NCBI GenBank assembly: GCA_035550375.1
Contig: DASZPH010000061.1
Coordinates: 50,514 to 114,513, forward strand
Length of the DNA stretch: 64,000 nt
Source of the DNA: Pirellulales bacterium
GTDB taxonomy: Bacteria; Planctomycetota; Planctomycetia; Pirellulales; JAICIG01
Direction of reading: 5' to 3'
Positions 37,390 to 45,502 of this stretch are shown here, piece by piece. The notes under the pieces are model-generated. The model was not told the origin of the DNA. It did no database searches and saw nothing but the letters and a program-made list of their open reading frames with translations. A program made the translations under genes and the position numbers. Numbering within the stretch: the stretch's first letter is position 1; every line of letters starts with the position of its first letter.

Positions 37390-38265
37390 ATGACCATTGA
37401 TCGGTGGGTGAACTCGCTCATCGTCATCACACTGATTGAGATGATGATTGCCATCGGGTTGGGGGTGGCCGCGACGGACGTTGTCGTCGCCGCCAGAAGG
37501 TGGCAACTGACGTTGCGCGCCGCGGCGGCGAATTATCTGCTGGTGCCGGCCGCGACGATCGCCTTGCTGCGGCTCTATCACGCAACCCCGATGGTGGCCG
37601 CGGGCTTTCTCATTCTGGCGGCCTGCCCGGGCGCCCCCTACGGCCCGCCCTTCACGGCGATCGCCAAGGGAAACGTCGCCACGTCGGTCGGTTTGATGGT
37701 GATTCTCGCGTCGTCGTCGGCGATCGTCGCTCCGCTGTTGCTGAGCGTCTTGCTGCCGCTGGTCTCCAGCGACGTCGAACTACGAATTGAGGCAACGCGG
37801 CTGATCGCGACGCTGTTCGTGACGCAACTTCTACCGCTTTGCGCCGGGCTCGGCCTGCGCGTCTGGCGGCCGAAGCTGGCGGCGAAGATGCAGCCGCCGG
37901 CAAGCCTGCTAAGCAAGATCTTCAATCTCGTGACCATCGGCCTGATCCTGGCCACGCGATACCAGACGTTCTTGCAGATCCGATTGGCCGCCTTCGCCGG
38001 CATGCTGCTGTTGTTGATCGCCAGCCTTGGCGTCGGATGGCTACTGGGAGGCAGCACGCGAGACGACCGAAGGGCGATGGCGCTCACCACCGCACTGCGA
38101 AACGTCGGCGTCAGCATGGTGATTGCGGCGGGAAGTTTTCCCGGCACGCCGGCGCTGACCGCGGTGCTGGCTTACGCCCTGGTCGAGCTTGCCGGCTCGC
38201 TCGCGCTCGCTTTGTGGTGGGCACGACGGGCACGTGGATTAGAAGCGGCCGGTACCCTATACTGA
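37390..38265 (+). CDS. Bile acid:sodium symporter (BASS/SBF-like) family transporter
   Basis: About 9-10 TM helices. The content is typical of SBF-like proteins (LIEMMIAIGLGV..., LAACPGAPYGPPF, ALRNVGVSMVIA). Confidence 0.7.
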   Translation: MTIDRWVNSLIVITLIEMMIAIGLGVAATDVVVAARRWQLTLRAAAANYLLVPAATIALLRLYHATPMVAAGFLILAACPGAPYGPPFTAIAKGNVATSVGLMVILASSSAIVAPLLLSVLLPLVSSDVELRIEATRLIATLFVTQLLPLCAGLGLRVWRPKLAAKMQPPASLLSKIFNLVTIGLILATRYQTFLQIRLAAFAGMLLLLIASLGVGWLLGGSTRDDRRAMALTTALRNVGVSMVIAAGSFPGTPALTAVLAYALVELAGSLALALWWARRARGLEAAGTLY

Positions 38266-38320
38266 TCCGGCAGAAGAGCCCTCTCAGCGGGCCATCGCCT
38301 AGTTTTGGAGTAATCATCCC

Positions 38321-39538
38321 ATGCTTTTCGGCGGCCGCGTAGCCATCACATGGGCGGTTGCGGTAATCTTCGTGGCAGCGGGCTGCGACCGCAAACCGCC
38401 GACGCTGGAAGCCACGCCGGCACCGACGGTCACGATAAGCCAGCCGATTGAGCGCGAGATCAGCGACGAGCATCAATTCACCGGGCACACCGAGGCAATT
38501 CGCGCGGTCGATGTCCATGCGAAGGTGAGCGGGTTCATCGATCAGGTGGGTTTCAAAGACGGCGACATCATTAAGGAAGGAGATTTGCTGTTCCAGATCG
38601 ATCCCCGGCCGTTCGACGCGGACGTCGCCCGCGATGAAGCGGCCCTGGCGGCGGCCAAGGCCCGATCCAAACGCACCGTCGCCGACCTGGCCCGCGCCAA
38701 GGAACTGATCAAGGGAAAGAACATCAGCCAGGAGCAGTTCGACCAGGTCTACGCCGATGAAGCCGAAGCGGCGGCCGCGGTGCAACAAGCCGAAGCGAGC
38801 TTGACGACGGCCCAACTCAACCAAGACTATGCCAAGATCACGGCGGCCGTGGGCGGCCGCGTCAGCCGAGCCAACATTACCAAAGGCAATTTTGTGTTTG
38901 GCGGCGCCGGCAATGCCACGCTGCTCACGACTATTGTTCCCATCGATCCGATCTATGCCTATTTCGACGTCGACGAAGCGATCTACCTGGGCGTCGCACG
39001 CAGGGCCCGCGACCCCGACCGCACCCCGCCGACGGTCGAGATGCAGCTCGCGAATGAGACCGGCTTCCCCCATCGCGGGCGGATCGATTTCATCGACAAC
39101 AAGGTCGACCCCGCCACGGGCACCATTCGCGTGCGGGCGGAGTTTCCCAACGCCGACGGCGTGATCACGCCCGGCTTGTTCGTCAAAGTCCGAGTTCGCT
39201 CGCCAGAGAAGCGGCCGGCGCTGTTGGTGACCGACCGGGCCGTGGGCATGGATCAAAACCGCAAGTACGTGCTCGTCGTCGGCGCTGACAACAAAGTCGA
39301 ATACCGCGAGGTGATCACTGGGCCGCTGGTCGACGGCCTACGAGCCGTCGAAAAGGGGCTAAAACCGGGCGACTGGGTGATCGTAAACGGCCTGCAGCGC
39401 GCCCGGCCCGGCGCCCCGGTTGACGCCCAGAAATCACCCATGCCTCTGCCCCCCGAGGCAGAAGAGCAGCCCGCTGTGGAGACTGCATCGGCGGAGGGAC
39501 GCGATGCAGCGTCCCCCCTCCCCACGGGAGAAGGCTAG
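38321..39538 (+). CDS. RND efflux periplasmic adaptor (membrane fusion protein)
   Basis: Lipoprotein-like N-terminus (VAAGC), a biotinyl-lipoyl-like block (HAKVSGFIDQVGFKDGDIIKEGDLLFQIDPRPF) and a coiled-coil hairpin. The last codons (PLPTGEG) lie inside a GC-rich repeat element. Confidence 0.9.
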   Translation: MLFGGRVAITWAVAVIFVAAGCDRKPPTLEATPAPTVTISQPIEREISDEHQFTGHTEAIRAVDVHAKVSGFIDQVGFKDGDIIKEGDLLFQIDPRPFDADVARDEAALAAAKARSKRTVADLARAKELIKGKNISQEQFDQVYADEAEAAAAVQQAEASLTTAQLNQDYAKITAAVGGRVSRANITKGNFVFGGAGNATLLTTIVPIDPIYAYFDVDEAIYLGVARRARDPDRTPPTVEMQLANETGFPHRGRIDFIDNKVDPATGTIRVRAEFPNADGVITPGLFVKVRVRSPEKRPALLVTDRAVGMDQNRKYVLVVGADNKVEYREVITGPLVDGLRAVEKGLKPGDWVIVNGLQRARPGAPVDAQKSPMPLPPEAEEQPAVETASAEGRDAASPLPTGEG

Positions 39539-39875
39539 GGTGAGGGCCGCCGGAATGGCTAACGGTGTCGCCCGCCTGCTGCGACTCCGGAGCCACCGAG
39601 ACCATGGAGCAGGCCAGCCTGCATATCTGTCTGTCCCCTAATCTTTCTGTCATCACGTCCCGTGATATGAACGTGTCCGCGTGCCAGACAGAGAAATGAG
39701 CGACAGAAAAATCGATTAAGAACAAGACGGTCTTGAGCGGGGCAAAGAAATCCAGCGTCAACAACACAGAGCAACCATAACCCGCCCTGAGCTCGACCGC
39801 GTCCAGAAGGGGCAGGATAAGAGCCGAAAGTAGGGCGGACCGCCCTCACCCCGGCCCTCTCCCGGAGGGAGAGGG
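39515..39875. mobile_element. MITE-like insert: 294-bp AT-richer core flanked by inverted copies of a 33-nt GC-rich element
   Basis: The left end, 39515-39547 (CCCCTCCCCACGGGAGAAGGCTAGGGTGAGGGC), is the imperfect reverse complement (about 28 of 33) of the right end, 39842-39875 (GCCCTCACCCCGGCCCTCTCCCGGAGGGAGAGGG). The core is visibly less GC-rich. No target-site duplication is seen. Confidence 0.3.
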
Positions 39876-39884
39876 AGTACGTTT

Positions 39885-42800
39885 ATGTTTTCACGCTTTT
39901 TCATCGACCGGCCGATCTTTGCGGCGGTGCTGTCGATCGTGACGGTGATCGCCGGCACGATCGCCGTGATTGCGCTCTTGCCGACGTCGCTTTATCCGGA
40001 GGTCGTGCCGCCCGTGGTGCAGGTTACGGCGAGCTACCCCGGCGCGAACGCCCAGGTGGTTGCCGATACGGTGGCCGCTCAGATCGAACAGCAGGTAAAC
40101 GGCGTCGAGCGGATGCTCTACATGTCTTCGCAGTGCACGAACGACGGCAACATGACGCTCGACGTCACCTTCGAACTGGGCACTAACGTCGACATTGCCC
40201 AAGTGCTGGTGCAAAACCGCGTGGCCATCGCCGAGCCGCGCTTGCCCGAAGCCGTGAAGCAGCAAGGCGTAACGACCAAGAAGAAATCGCCCGCCATCTT
40301 GCTGGTGGTGAACCTGTTCTCGCCCGACGGCCGATACGATCAGCTCTACCTGAGCAACTACATGACCGTCCAGATCAAAGACGCGATCGCCCGTTTGAAA
40401 GGCGTGGGAGACGTCAAGATTACCGGCGCCCGCGATTACAGCATGCGGCTCTGGCTCGATCCAGCCCGGCTCGCGACCCGCAGCATGGACGCGAGCGACG
40501 TGGTGCAGGCCGTCCGCGAGCAGAACGTGCAGGTGGCCGCCGGCCGAATCGGTTCCCCTCCGGTGGCCGCGGGCACCGACTTCCAATACGCGGTCAACAC
40601 GCTGGGACGGCTTGAGTCGCCCGAGCAGTTCGAGCAGATCATCGTCAAGACGAATTCCGACGGCACGGTCGTGCGTCTGCACGACGTCGGCCGCGCGGAA
40701 TTGGGCGCGCAGAACTACGACGTCGATTCCAATCTCGACGGCAAGCCCGCCATTTCGCTGCTGGTGTTTCAGTTGCCCGGCGCCAACAGCATCGACGTGG
40801 CAAACCGTGTGCGCCGCGAAATGGAGTTGCTCAAGCAACGGTTTCCCGAGGGGATCGAATACGGCATCTATTACGACACGACCGACTTCGTGCGCAAGAG
40901 CCTGGAAAGCGTCGTTCACACGCTCTTCGAGGCGTTCGTGCTCGTTTTTATCGTCGTGCTGGTGTTCTTGCAGAGCTGGCGGGCAACGATCATTCCGCTG
41001 CTGGCCGTGCCGGTTTCGCTCGTCGGTACGTTCGCCGTCATGCAGTTGCTCGGCTTTTCGCTGAACAACCTGTCGATGTTCGGACTGGTGCTGGCCATCG
41101 GCGTCGTGGTCGATGACGCGATTGTGGTGGTCGAAAACGTCGAGCGTTGGATCGAGCACGGCTATACGCCGCGAGAGGCTTCCTACAAGTCGATGGAAGA
41201 GGTCACGGTCGCCGTGATCGCCGTGGCGTTTGGCTTGAGCGCGGTGTTCATCCCCGTGGCCTTCATCTCGGGCATCACCGGGCAGTTTTATCGGCAGTTC
41301 GCTTTGACGATCGCCGTCTCGACGTTGATCTCGGCCTTCAATTCGCTCACGCTCAGTCCGGCCTTGACCGCCTTGCTGCTCAAGCCAAAGACGGCCAAGC
41401 GCGATCCGTTGACGTGGCTGCTCGACACGGCGTTTGGCTGGTTCTTCCGAGGCTTCAACCGCGTGTTCGAGTGGACGACCAACGTCTATGGTCACCTCGT
41501 TACCTGGTGCATTCGTGGGGCCGTGGTCTCGCTGGCGGTCTACGCGGGTTTAATCGCCCTGACGTGGCTGGAGCTGACAACGACACCTGTCGGCTTCATC
41601 CCTCAGCAAGATCAGGGCTACTTGTTTATCAACGCTCAGTTGCCCGACTCGGCGTCGCTGGAGCGCACGTCGGCCGTTTGCGACAAACTGACCGAACTGG
41701 CTCTTAAGACGCCAGGAGTCGATCACACGGTCGGCCTGCCGGGCTACTCGATGGTCAACGGCATCAACCTGGCCAACGTGGCCTCGGTGATTTTGGTGCT
41801 CAAGCCGTTTCACGATCGTGAGAACGATCCGGCCCAAAGCGCGGAGAACATCATCGCCAGCTTGCAACGCCAGACCCGCGACGTTCAGGAAGCGCTGGTG
41901 GGAGTCTTTAACGCGCCGCCGATCCAGGGGCTGGGCACGACGGGCGGATACAAACTCGAAGTGCAGGACCGCGGCAGCGCGGGACTGCCTGCCCTGGAAG
42001 GTACGACGCTCAACATGATCGACACGGCGCGCGGCCAGCCGGGCGTCCTCGGGGCGGTCACGAGTTTCCGTGCCAACACGCCCCAGCTTTACGTCGACGT
42101 CGACCGCACGAAGGTCAAGAATATGAACGTCGCGCTCGACGACGTCTTCGATACGCTCCAGATCTATCTCGGCTCGGCGTACATCAACGACATCACGTTC
42201 CTCGGCCGCAACTGGATGGTTTATGCGCAGGCCGACTCCCAGTTTCGCCGCCGGCCGGAAGACATCGTCCAACTGAAAGTGCGAAACCGCAATGGCGACA
42301 TGGTGCCGCTCGGCACGATGGTTAATGTGAAGGAGATTGGAGGGCCGGCGGTCTACAATCGTTACAACATGTTCCCCGCCGCCGAGATCAATCTGGTGGC
42401 GACGCCGCAGGTCAGCTCGAGCCAGGTGATCGACATGGTCGACCAGGTCGCGAAGAAAGACCTGCCCCTGACGATGGACTACCAGTGGACTGACCTGACC
42501 TACCAGCAGATTCTGGCCGGCAACACGGCGATCTATATCTTCCCGTTGTGCGTGCTCTTCGTTTTCCTCACGCACGCGGCCGAGTACGAAAGCTGGACCC
42601 TGCCGTTGGCGATCATTTTGATCGTTCCGCTGAGCGTGCTCTTTGCCCTGGTGGGCATCAACCTGCGCGGCATGGACAACAACATCTTCGCTCAGATCGG
42701 CTTTGTGGTGCTGATCGGCCTGGCGGCGAAGAACGCCGTGCTGATCGTGGAGTTCGCCAAGCAGCAGCGCGAGCACCACGGCGCGAACCGCCGCGACGCG

Positions 42801-43094
42801 GCAATCAACGCCGCCAAGTTGCGCCTGCGGCCGATCTTGATGACTTCCTTCGCCTTCATTCTCGGCGTCGTTCCGCTAGTGCTCGCCAAAGGGGCCGGCC
42901 ACGAGATGCGGCAGCAGCTTGGCACGGCGGTGTTTAGCGGCATGCTCGGCGTGACTCTTTGTGGCATCTTCTTGACGCCCGTGTTTTACGTGGTGCTTCA
43001 GGCCCTTTCCGACCTGTTCGCGAGCGGCCATCCGCCAGCGCCGCCCAAGCACGAACCGGTCGACGAAGAACCGCTGGCGATACCGGCGGGTTGA
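39885..43094 (+). CDS. RND multidrug efflux pump, AcrB/MexB-like (HAE1)
   Basis: MFSRFFIDRPIFAAVLSIVTVIAG is the canonical N-terminus. The product is 1069 aa with the 12-TM layout and a VVDDAIVVVENVER block. Confidence 0.95.
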   Translation: MFSRFFIDRPIFAAVLSIVTVIAGTIAVIALLPTSLYPEVVPPVVQVTASYPGANAQVVADTVAAQIEQQVNGVERMLYMSSQCTNDGNMTLDVTFELGTNVDIAQVLVQNRVAIAEPRLPEAVKQQGVTTKKKSPAILLVVNLFSPDGRYDQLYLSNYMTVQIKDAIARLKGVGDVKITGARDYSMRLWLDPARLATRSMDASDVVQAVREQNVQVAAGRIGSPPVAAGTDFQYAVNTLGRLESPEQFEQIIVKTNSDGTVVRLHDVGRAELGAQNYDVDSNLDGKPAISLLVFQLPGANSIDVANRVRREMELLKQRFPEGIEYGIYYDTTDFVRKSLESVVHTLFEAFVLVFIVVLVFLQSWRATIIPLLAVPVSLVGTFAVMQLLGFSLNNLSMFGLVLAIGVVVDDAIVVVENVERWIEHGYTPREASYKSMEEVTVAVIAVAFGLSAVFIPVAFISGITGQFYRQFALTIAVSTLISAFNSLTLSPALTALLLKPKTAKRDPLTWLLDTAFGWFFRGFNRVFEWTTNVYGHLVTWCIRGAVVSLAVYAGLIALTWLELTTTPVGFIPQQDQGYLFINAQLPDSASLERTSAVCDKLTELALKTPGVDHTVGLPGYSMVNGINLANVASVILVLKPFHDRENDPAQSAENIIASLQRQTRDVQEALVGVFNAPPIQGLGTTGGYKLEVQDRGSAGLPALEGTTLNMIDTARGQPGVLGAVTSFRANTPQLYVDVDRTKVKNMNVALDDVFDTLQIYLGSAYINDITFLGRNWMVYAQADSQFRRRPEDIVQLKVRNRNGDMVPLGTMVNVKEIGGPAVYNRYNMFPAAEINLVATPQVSSSQVIDMVDQVAKKDLPLTMDYQWTDLTYQQILAGNTAIYIFPLCVLFVFLTHAAEYESWTLPLAIILIVPLSVLFALVGINLRGMDNNIFAQIGFVVLIGLAAKNAVLIVEFAKQQREHHGANRRDAAINAAKLRLRPILMTSFAFILGVVPLVLAKGAGHEMRQQLGTAVFSGMLGVTLCGIFLTPVFYVVLQALSDLFASGHPPAPPKHEPVDEEPLAIPAG

Positions 43095-43127
43095 TAGCCC
43101 AAGAAATCGCCACCAGCCACCGCGCGT

Positions 43128-43269
43128 CGTTTAATTTAACCGGTAGCCAACGGCGCCCGCGAGGTGGAACGGCCAGGCAAGCTCCCACCAACCGTTTGAC
43201 GTGCCGCGCCAACGGGCGGACCATCTGGGGTATCAGCGCCCGCTGGCGCCGCTAGTTAGCAATTAAACG
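43128..43269 (+). repeat. 142-bp intergenic element bounded by a 9-bp AT-rich inverted repeat and carrying the TTAACCGGYAGCCAACGGCG motif
   Basis: CGTTTAATT (43128-43136) and AATTAAACG (43261-43269) are perfect inverted repeats. The motif copy sits at 43135-43167. The element lies between the convergent RND pump and sigma-70 genes. Confidence 0.5.
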
Positions 43270-43293
43270 ATGGTAGCTCGGAGTCCTCCGCCC

Positions 43294-44697
43294 TTACGGC
43301 TCCAAAAACGCCCGCAAGCTGGCCCCTTGCTTCGACGCCCGCAGTTTGTCGACCGCGCGACGCTCGATCTGTCGCACACGCTCGCCGGACACGCCGAGTA
43401 GTTTTCCTACCTCGTCGAGCGTGCGGAATTGGTTGTCGGTGAGCCCAAACCGCAACTCGATCACTTGGCGCTCCCGGTCCTTCAGGCCGACCAGAACCTG
43501 GTTGACGAGCTGGCACAGCGCCTTGCGGTTCAACTCGCTGGCCGGTTCGTCGTGCTGCTTGTCTTCGATCAACTCCCCCAGCGTCCCCTCGATTCCCGGC
43601 GCCGCCAGGTCGAGCGAGAGGAAGGGACGATCGAAGCTCAGCAGCACCTCCGCGTCGTGCCTCTCCAGTCCGCAGGCTTCGACTTCCTCTTCGACGGTCG
43701 GGGAGCGGCCGTGCTGCTTGACCCACTCGTTGCGTGATTTGTGCAGCCGGTGCAGCGAGCGCAGCTTCTCGCGGGGCAGGGTGATCATCCCTTGTTGCTC
43801 CGCCAGCGACCGCACGATCGCTTGCTTGATCCACCAGGTGGCGTAGGTCGTGAAACGGTAGCCCAGGGGCTCAAATTTATCCGCGGCTCGCAGCAGCCCC
43901 GCGTTGCCTTCCTGGATCAGGTCGAGCAGTTCCGGATCGTCGCGCGTGTAGTGTTTGGCGATCGAGACGACCAGACGCAGGTTGTGCCTCGCCAGGCGGT
44001 GCTTGAGCGCGTCGTACCGGGACAAGAGGGCGCTCGTGAGCAGAATCCACCGCCCCAGTGCCCGCGGCCGCATCCCGGCCAGCTCGACCAAACGAGCCAG
44101 TTCTCCCTGCAACTCCGCCTGGCGATCGCCGGCCGAGGGTATCGTCTGCTCGAGCTGCTGCATCCGTTCGTGGATCGCGCGCAACCGCTGCCAGCACGCA
44201 TAAACCATTTTTAACCTCAGTTTCGCCTGCCAGACCAGGGTGGCCGCCTCGCGGCAACGGGCCTTCAGACGGCGGGCGTAAGGCTGCCAGGCGACCGCGG
44301 GCGATCCGCCCAGACGCGTGGCGTCGTGCCGGTTGCGGGCCACAAGGCGCTCCAGCCGCCAGACCACGTGGGGAAGACCGGCCGTGATCTCCCGATATTC
44401 CGCGGCGTCAAAGACCGTGGTTTCCAGAACTCGATCGGCCCGCGATCGGCCTTGGCTGACATCGCGCAGGAGGTCCGTCGCCCCCAGGACCATGTAGTGG
44501 TTACCCAGCAGCGCGCGGCGCAGGCGCCGGCGCACGTCCTGCAACTGGCGGGCGATCGCCGTCTCTTCTTCAGCCGAGAGGAGCGGATACCTGCGAAGTT
44601 GGTCGAAGTAGTCCCGCAGGGGATCGGCACGGGTGCCGCGAGCGGCGTCAAAGCGGGTGATCGAGCGGCGGCGTTTGGTTTTGAGTAGCTTCGTCAT
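43294..44697 (-). CDS. Sigma-70 family RNA polymerase sigma factor (RpoD-like alternative)
   Basis: ATG 44697 has AGGAGG upstream. Region 2 reads DLIQEGNAGLLRAADKFEPLGYRFTTYATWWIKQAI, and region 4 reads RQVIELRFGL...TLDEVGKLLGVSGERVRQIERRAVDKLR. Confidence 0.88.
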   Translation of the reverse strand: MTKLLKTKRRRSITRFDAARGTRADPLRDYFDQLRRYPLLSAEEETAIARQLQDVRRRLRRALLGNHYMVLGATDLLRDVSQGRSRADRVLETTVFDAAEYREITAGLPHVVWRLERLVARNRHDATRLGGSPAVAWQPYARRLKARCREAATLVWQAKLRLKMVYACWQRLRAIHERMQQLEQTIPSAGDRQAELQGELARLVELAGMRPRALGRWILLTSALLSRYDALKHRLARHNLRLVVSIAKHYTRDDPELLDLIQEGNAGLLRAADKFEPLGYRFTTYATWWIKQAIVRSLAEQQGMITLPREKLRSLHRLHKSRNEWVKQHGRSPTVEEEVEACGLERHDAEVLLSFDRPFLSLDLAAPGIEGTLGELIEDKQHDEPASELNRKALCQLVNQVLVGLKDRERQVIELRFGLTDNQFRTLDEVGKLLGVSGERVRQIERRAVDKLRASKQGASLRAFLEP

Positions 44698-44852
44698 ATG
44701 ATGGCCTCCTTTTTGCCCTCCACCACGAACGCGACGAATCACGCCCAACCCCGCAGAAAAAATCGGCGTTTCCGGAAAAAAGCCGGCGTTTGCGATTCCG
44801 CGAGCTTTTTTGAGGCACGGCGGTCCTCCTGAGCTACCGACGCCGTCGGGCG

Positions 44853-44861
44853 TGATAGAAT
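44853..44861 (+). promoter_or_regulatory. Extended -10-like element upstream of the ECF sigma / kinase operon
   Basis: TGaTAGAAT lies 62 nt upstream of ATG 44924. No convincing -35 element is present. Confidence 0.2.
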
Positions 44862-44923
44862 GGCCGGTTGGTTCGCGAGGCTTTGCCCGTTCTTCCAGAC
44901 GGGCGCCCTTTCGGAGAGTCGCG

Positions 44924-45502
44924 ATGGCTTTAGACCGAGCCCGGCGCGCCAAACAGCCGACGCCGGAATGTTCCGACCCACGCGCCCGCCCGGTCGACGA
45001 GCTTGTGCCGTTGATCTACGACGAGCTGCGGCGCGTTGCCGCCCGCTATCTTCGTCGCGAAGCGCCGGGCAACACGCTGCAGCCGACCGCGCTGGTGCAC
45101 GAGGCGTTTGTCAAGCTGGCCGGACAGCAGCGCGTCGACTGGCAGGGGCGGACGCACGTGCTTGCCATCGGCGCCAAGGCCATGCGGCGGATCCTTGTCG
45201 ACCATGCCAAGCGCAAGCGTCGCGTGAAGCGCGGGGGTGGATTGAATCGGATCCAGCTCGATGAGGCGACGGCCCTTTCGCCAGAGCGCGACGAAGATCT
45301 GCTCGCCGTGGACGAGGCGCTCGATAAGCTGGCGGCCATCGACGAGCGGCAGGCAACGATCGTCGAGCTGCGGTTCTTCGGCGGAATGACGGTGGAGGAA
45401 GTCGCGCAGACGCTCGGCATCTCGAAGCGCACGGTGGAGAGCGAGTGGACGATGGTCCGCGCCTGGCTGCGGCGCGAGCTGGCGAAGGACGATCCCTCGT
45501 GA
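44924..45502 (+). CDS. ECF-type sigma factor of the Ser/Thr-kinase-associated class (ECF43-like)
   Basis: LIYDELRRVAARYLRREAPGNTLQPTALVHEAFVKL...VDWQGRTHVLAIGAKAMRRILVDHAKRK, and region 4 reads IVELRFFGGMTVEEVAQTLGISKRTVESEW. The stop overlaps the GTG of the downstream kinase. Confidence 0.85.
   Translation: MALDRARRAKQPTPECSDPRARPVDELVPLIYDELRRVAARYLRREAPGNTLQPTALVHEAFVKLAGQQRVDWQGRTHVLAIGAKAMRRILVDHAKRKRRVKRGGGLNRIQLDEATALSPERDEDLLAVDEALDKLAAIDERQATIVELRFFGGMTVEEVAQTLGISKRTVESEWTMVRAWLRRELAKDDPS

Noticed and set aside
39559-39849. 96-aa minus-strand ORF inside the adaptor-pump spacer
   Set aside because: It has no SD sequence, a Gly/Arg/Cys-rich product, and runs through the terminal repeat. 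It is more likely non-coding DNA of the inserted element.
38111-42779. Long minus-strand ORFs (38111..39256, 39891..41495, 41550..42779) opposite the RND adaptor and pump
   Set aside because: They are antisense to textbook AcrA- and AcrB-like genes. Their Arg/His/Asp/Gly-rich translations have no recognisable domains.
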